Assembly (NCBI GenBank): GCA_003139415.1
Contig: PLIR01000192.1
Coordinates: 3,787 to 49,529 of the forward strand
From: Myxococcales bacterium
Lineage (GTDB): Bacteria; Myxococcota_A; Polyangia; Polyangiales; Polyangiaceae
Direction: 5' to 3'
Length of the DNA: 45,743 nt
Shown here one piece after another: positions 44,054 to 45,743 of the stretch (position 1 is the first letter of the stretch; the number at the start of each line of letters is the position of its first letter). The translations under genes and the position numbers were made by a program. The notes beneath the pieces were generated by a model. It worked only from the letters and a program-made list of their open reading frames with translations, made no database searches and was not told where the DNA came from.

Positions 44054-45423
44054 AGCGGTTCGACGCGATCATCCTCGGCGGGGGGCAGGCCGGCCCGCCC
44101 CTCGCGGGACGCCTCGCCGCCGCGGGCATGACGGTCGCGATCGTCGAGCGAAAGCTCTTCGGCGGGACCTGCGTGAATACGGGCTGCACGCCCACCAAGA
44201 CGCTGGTCGCAAGCGCGCGGGCTGCGTACATCGCACGGCGGGCTGCCGATTTCGGCGTGCTCGTCCCCGGTCCGGTCGGCGTCGACCTGGCACGTGCTCG
44301 GGCGAGGGCGATTGCCGTCTCGACGGACTCGCGTCGGGGGATCGAGTCCTGGCTCGAGGGCATGGATCGCTGTTCGGTGTTCGAGGGTCACGCGACATTC
44401 GAGGCCCGCGATACGGTCCGCGTGGGCGATCAGCTTCTGGTCGCCCCGCGCATCTTCATCAACGTCGGGGGTCGAGCGCGTATCCCGCGGATGCCCGGCA
44501 TCGACCGTGTCTCATACCTCACGAACTCGTCGATCCTCGCGCTCGAGACGCTGCCACGTCACCTCGTCATCGTCGGGGGGAGCTACATCGGCCTCGAGTT
44601 CGGCCAGATGTATCGGCGGTTCGGCAGCGAGGTCACGGTCATCGAGATGGGACCGCGTCTCATCGGTCGTGAGGACGAAGACGTGTCCGAGGCGGTCCAG
44701 GGCATCCTCGAGCGTGAGGGCATCAAGGTCCGCCTGAGTGCAGAGTGCGTTTCGCTTGCGCCCGACGGCTCGGGTGTGACCGCGCATCTCGAATGCGAGT
44801 CCGACGACCGCGCCGTGACCGGATCCCACCTCCTGATGGCTGTCGGTAGGCGACCGAACACGGATGATCTCGGCCTGGAGAAGGCGGGCGTCGCGGTCGA
44901 CGCGCATGGGTATGTCGTCGTCGACGATACCCTCCGCACGAACGTGAATGGGATTTGGGCCCTTGGCGATTGCAATGGCCGGGGCGCTTTCACCCACACC
45001 GCTTACAACGACTTCGAGATCGTCGCGGCGAACTTGCTCGACAATGACCCTCGGAAGGTCAGCGATCGCATCGGCGCATACGCGCTTTACATCGACCCGC
45101 CGCTCGGACGTGCGGGCCTCACCGAAGCCGCCGCGCGCAAGACTGGCCAGCCCCTGCTCGTCGGCAAACGTCCCATGACTCATGTGGGGCGAGCCGTCGA
45201 GAAGGGTGAGACACAAGGGTTCATGAAGACGATCGTCGACGCCAAGACCAAGAAAATCCTTGGCGCCACCATCCTCGGAACGGGGGGCGACGAGGCGATC
45301 CACGGGATCTTGTTCGCGATGTACGCAGGCGCGACCTCGACCACGATAACGCGTAGCGTCGGGATCCACCCGACCGTCTCCGAGCTCGTTCCGACGATGT
45401 TCAGCGAACTGAAGCCAATCTAG
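44050..45423 (+). CDS. FAD-dependent pyridine nucleotide-disulfide oxidoreductase (class I; MerA/Lpd-like, no MerA metal-binding extras)
   Basis: The FAD motif is ILGGGQAGP. The redox-active disulfide is GGTCVNTGCTPTK. The NAD(P) motif is VIVGGSYIGLEFG. The dimerisation-domain motif is HPTVSE. Confidence 0.88.
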   Translation: MKRFDAIILGGGQAGPPLAGRLAAAGMTVAIVERKLFGGTCVNTGCTPTKTLVASARAAYIARRAADFGVLVPGPVGVDLARARARAIAVSTDSRRGIESWLEGMDRCSVFEGHATFEARDTVRVGDQLLVAPRIFINVGGRARIPRMPGIDRVSYLTNSSILALETLPRHLVIVGGSYIGLEFGQMYRRFGSEVTVIEMGPRLIGREDEDVSEAVQGILEREGIKVRLSAECVSLAPDGSGVTAHLECESDDRAVTGSHLLMAVGRRPNTDDLGLEKAGVAVDAHGYVVVDDTLRTNVNGIWALGDCNGRGAFTHTAYNDFEIVAANLLDNDPRKVSDRIGAYALYIDPPLGRAGLTEAAARKTGQPLLVGKRPMTHVGRAVEKGETQGFMKTIVDAKTKKILGATILGTGGDEAIHGILFAMYAGATSTTITRSVGIHPTVSELVPTMFSELKPI

Positions 45424-45451
45424 GGCACCGCCGTCGAGATGAGCTCAAGGT

Positions 45452-45544
45452 TTGCTGTCATCCTGAGCGAAGCGAAGGACCCCACGGAGAGAGCGGAAGG
45501 GCGTCGTCAATGGGGTCCCCTCGCTGCGCTCGGGATGACAGCAA
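45452..45544. repeat. Long imperfect inverted repeat (about 33-nt arms, 26-nt loop) of the 'TGTCATCCTGAGCGAAGCGAAGGA' repeat type; possible bidirectional terminator
   Basis: The left arm is ttgctgtcatcctgagcgaagcgaaggacccca (45452-45484). The reverse complement of the right arm is ttgctgtcatcccgagcgcagcgaggggacccca (45511-45544). It lies between convergent genes. Confidence 0.75.
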
Positions 45545-45587
45545 GGATTTGACGCCATCACGACGGCGCTGCACTAAGGCACGACGA

Positions 45588-45743
45588 TCACCACGTTGCC
45601 TGCGAGTCCGGTACACACGGCGTGTACTGGTATCCGGTGTCCGTCGCGCCCACCAGATCGAGGTCCGTCCGCTGGGCGTTCATGTGCGCCTGGTCGGCCT
45701 GCGTGCAATCGGGGGTCACGTTGTACTCGACGTCGAAGACGGC
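45588..45743 (-). CDS. 3' end of a gene entering from the right edge (51 codons + TGA; ...AVFDVEYNVTPDCTQADQAHMNAQRTDLDLVGATDTGYQYTPCVPDSQATW*)
   Basis: This frame has strong GC3 bias and is open to the window edge. It is not in the ORF track because no start is in the window. Confidence 0.4.
   Translation of the reverse strand, partial: AVFDVEYNVTPDCTQADQAHMNAQRTDLDLVGATDTGYQYTPCVPDSQATW

Overview
This is a 45.7 kb, very GC-rich (roughly 70%) and gene-dense bacterial chromosomal segment. The gene content includes an MJ0042-type zinc-ribbon/TPR giant protein, a eukaryotic-like Ser/Thr kinase, Cys-rich secreted lipoproteins and strong GC3 bias. From this I infer a Myxococcota (Polyangiales/Sorangium-like) origin, but I cannot verify it. 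I support about 36 protein-coding genes and found no rRNA, tRNA, CRISPR array, transposase or integrase. From left to right the window contains: (1) an ABC-2 permease plus ATPase pair. (2) A REP/MITE-like inverted repeat pair. (3) uvrA. (4) A 1433-aa zinc-ribbon / Pro-rich 'DLP'-repeat / TM / TPR protein. (5) A DUF4350-MoxR-DUF58-rsmA operon joined by GTGA overlaps. (6) A secreted CxxCH / beta-propeller-like / Cys-knot-like lipoprotein. (7) An orphan FAS-II/PKS-like mini-cluster: O-methyltransferase, a Rieske-P450 fusion, FabF, FabH, a carboxyltransferase beta subunit, AraC and an ACP. (8) A CHASE3-GAF-GAF hybrid histidine kinase. (9) A lower-GC3 islet with a 76-aa knottin-like secreted peptide, a hemerythrin-like protein, a papain-fold-like protein and a membrane ORF. 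(10) A divergent TetR/Coq4-like pair. (11) A SAM-methyltransferase-fold gene and a predicted pseudokinase. (12) An alpha/beta hydrolase and a TMEM175-like channel. (13) zwf, divergent from a six-gene operon (gnd, aldose epimerase, GH15, DUF2090, DUF4126, FAD disulfide reductase) in which four junctions are ATGA overlaps. The best candidates for undescribed biology are the Rieske-P450/FabF/FabH/CT/ACP cluster, the bacterial C-C-CC-C-C (knottin-like) module that occurs three times, and the recurrent GGGAGCG...CGCTCCC hairpin repeat family. Most of the long ORFs in the supplied track are high-GC shadow ORFs and were rejected. All family calls rest on motifs read by eye; no database search was run.
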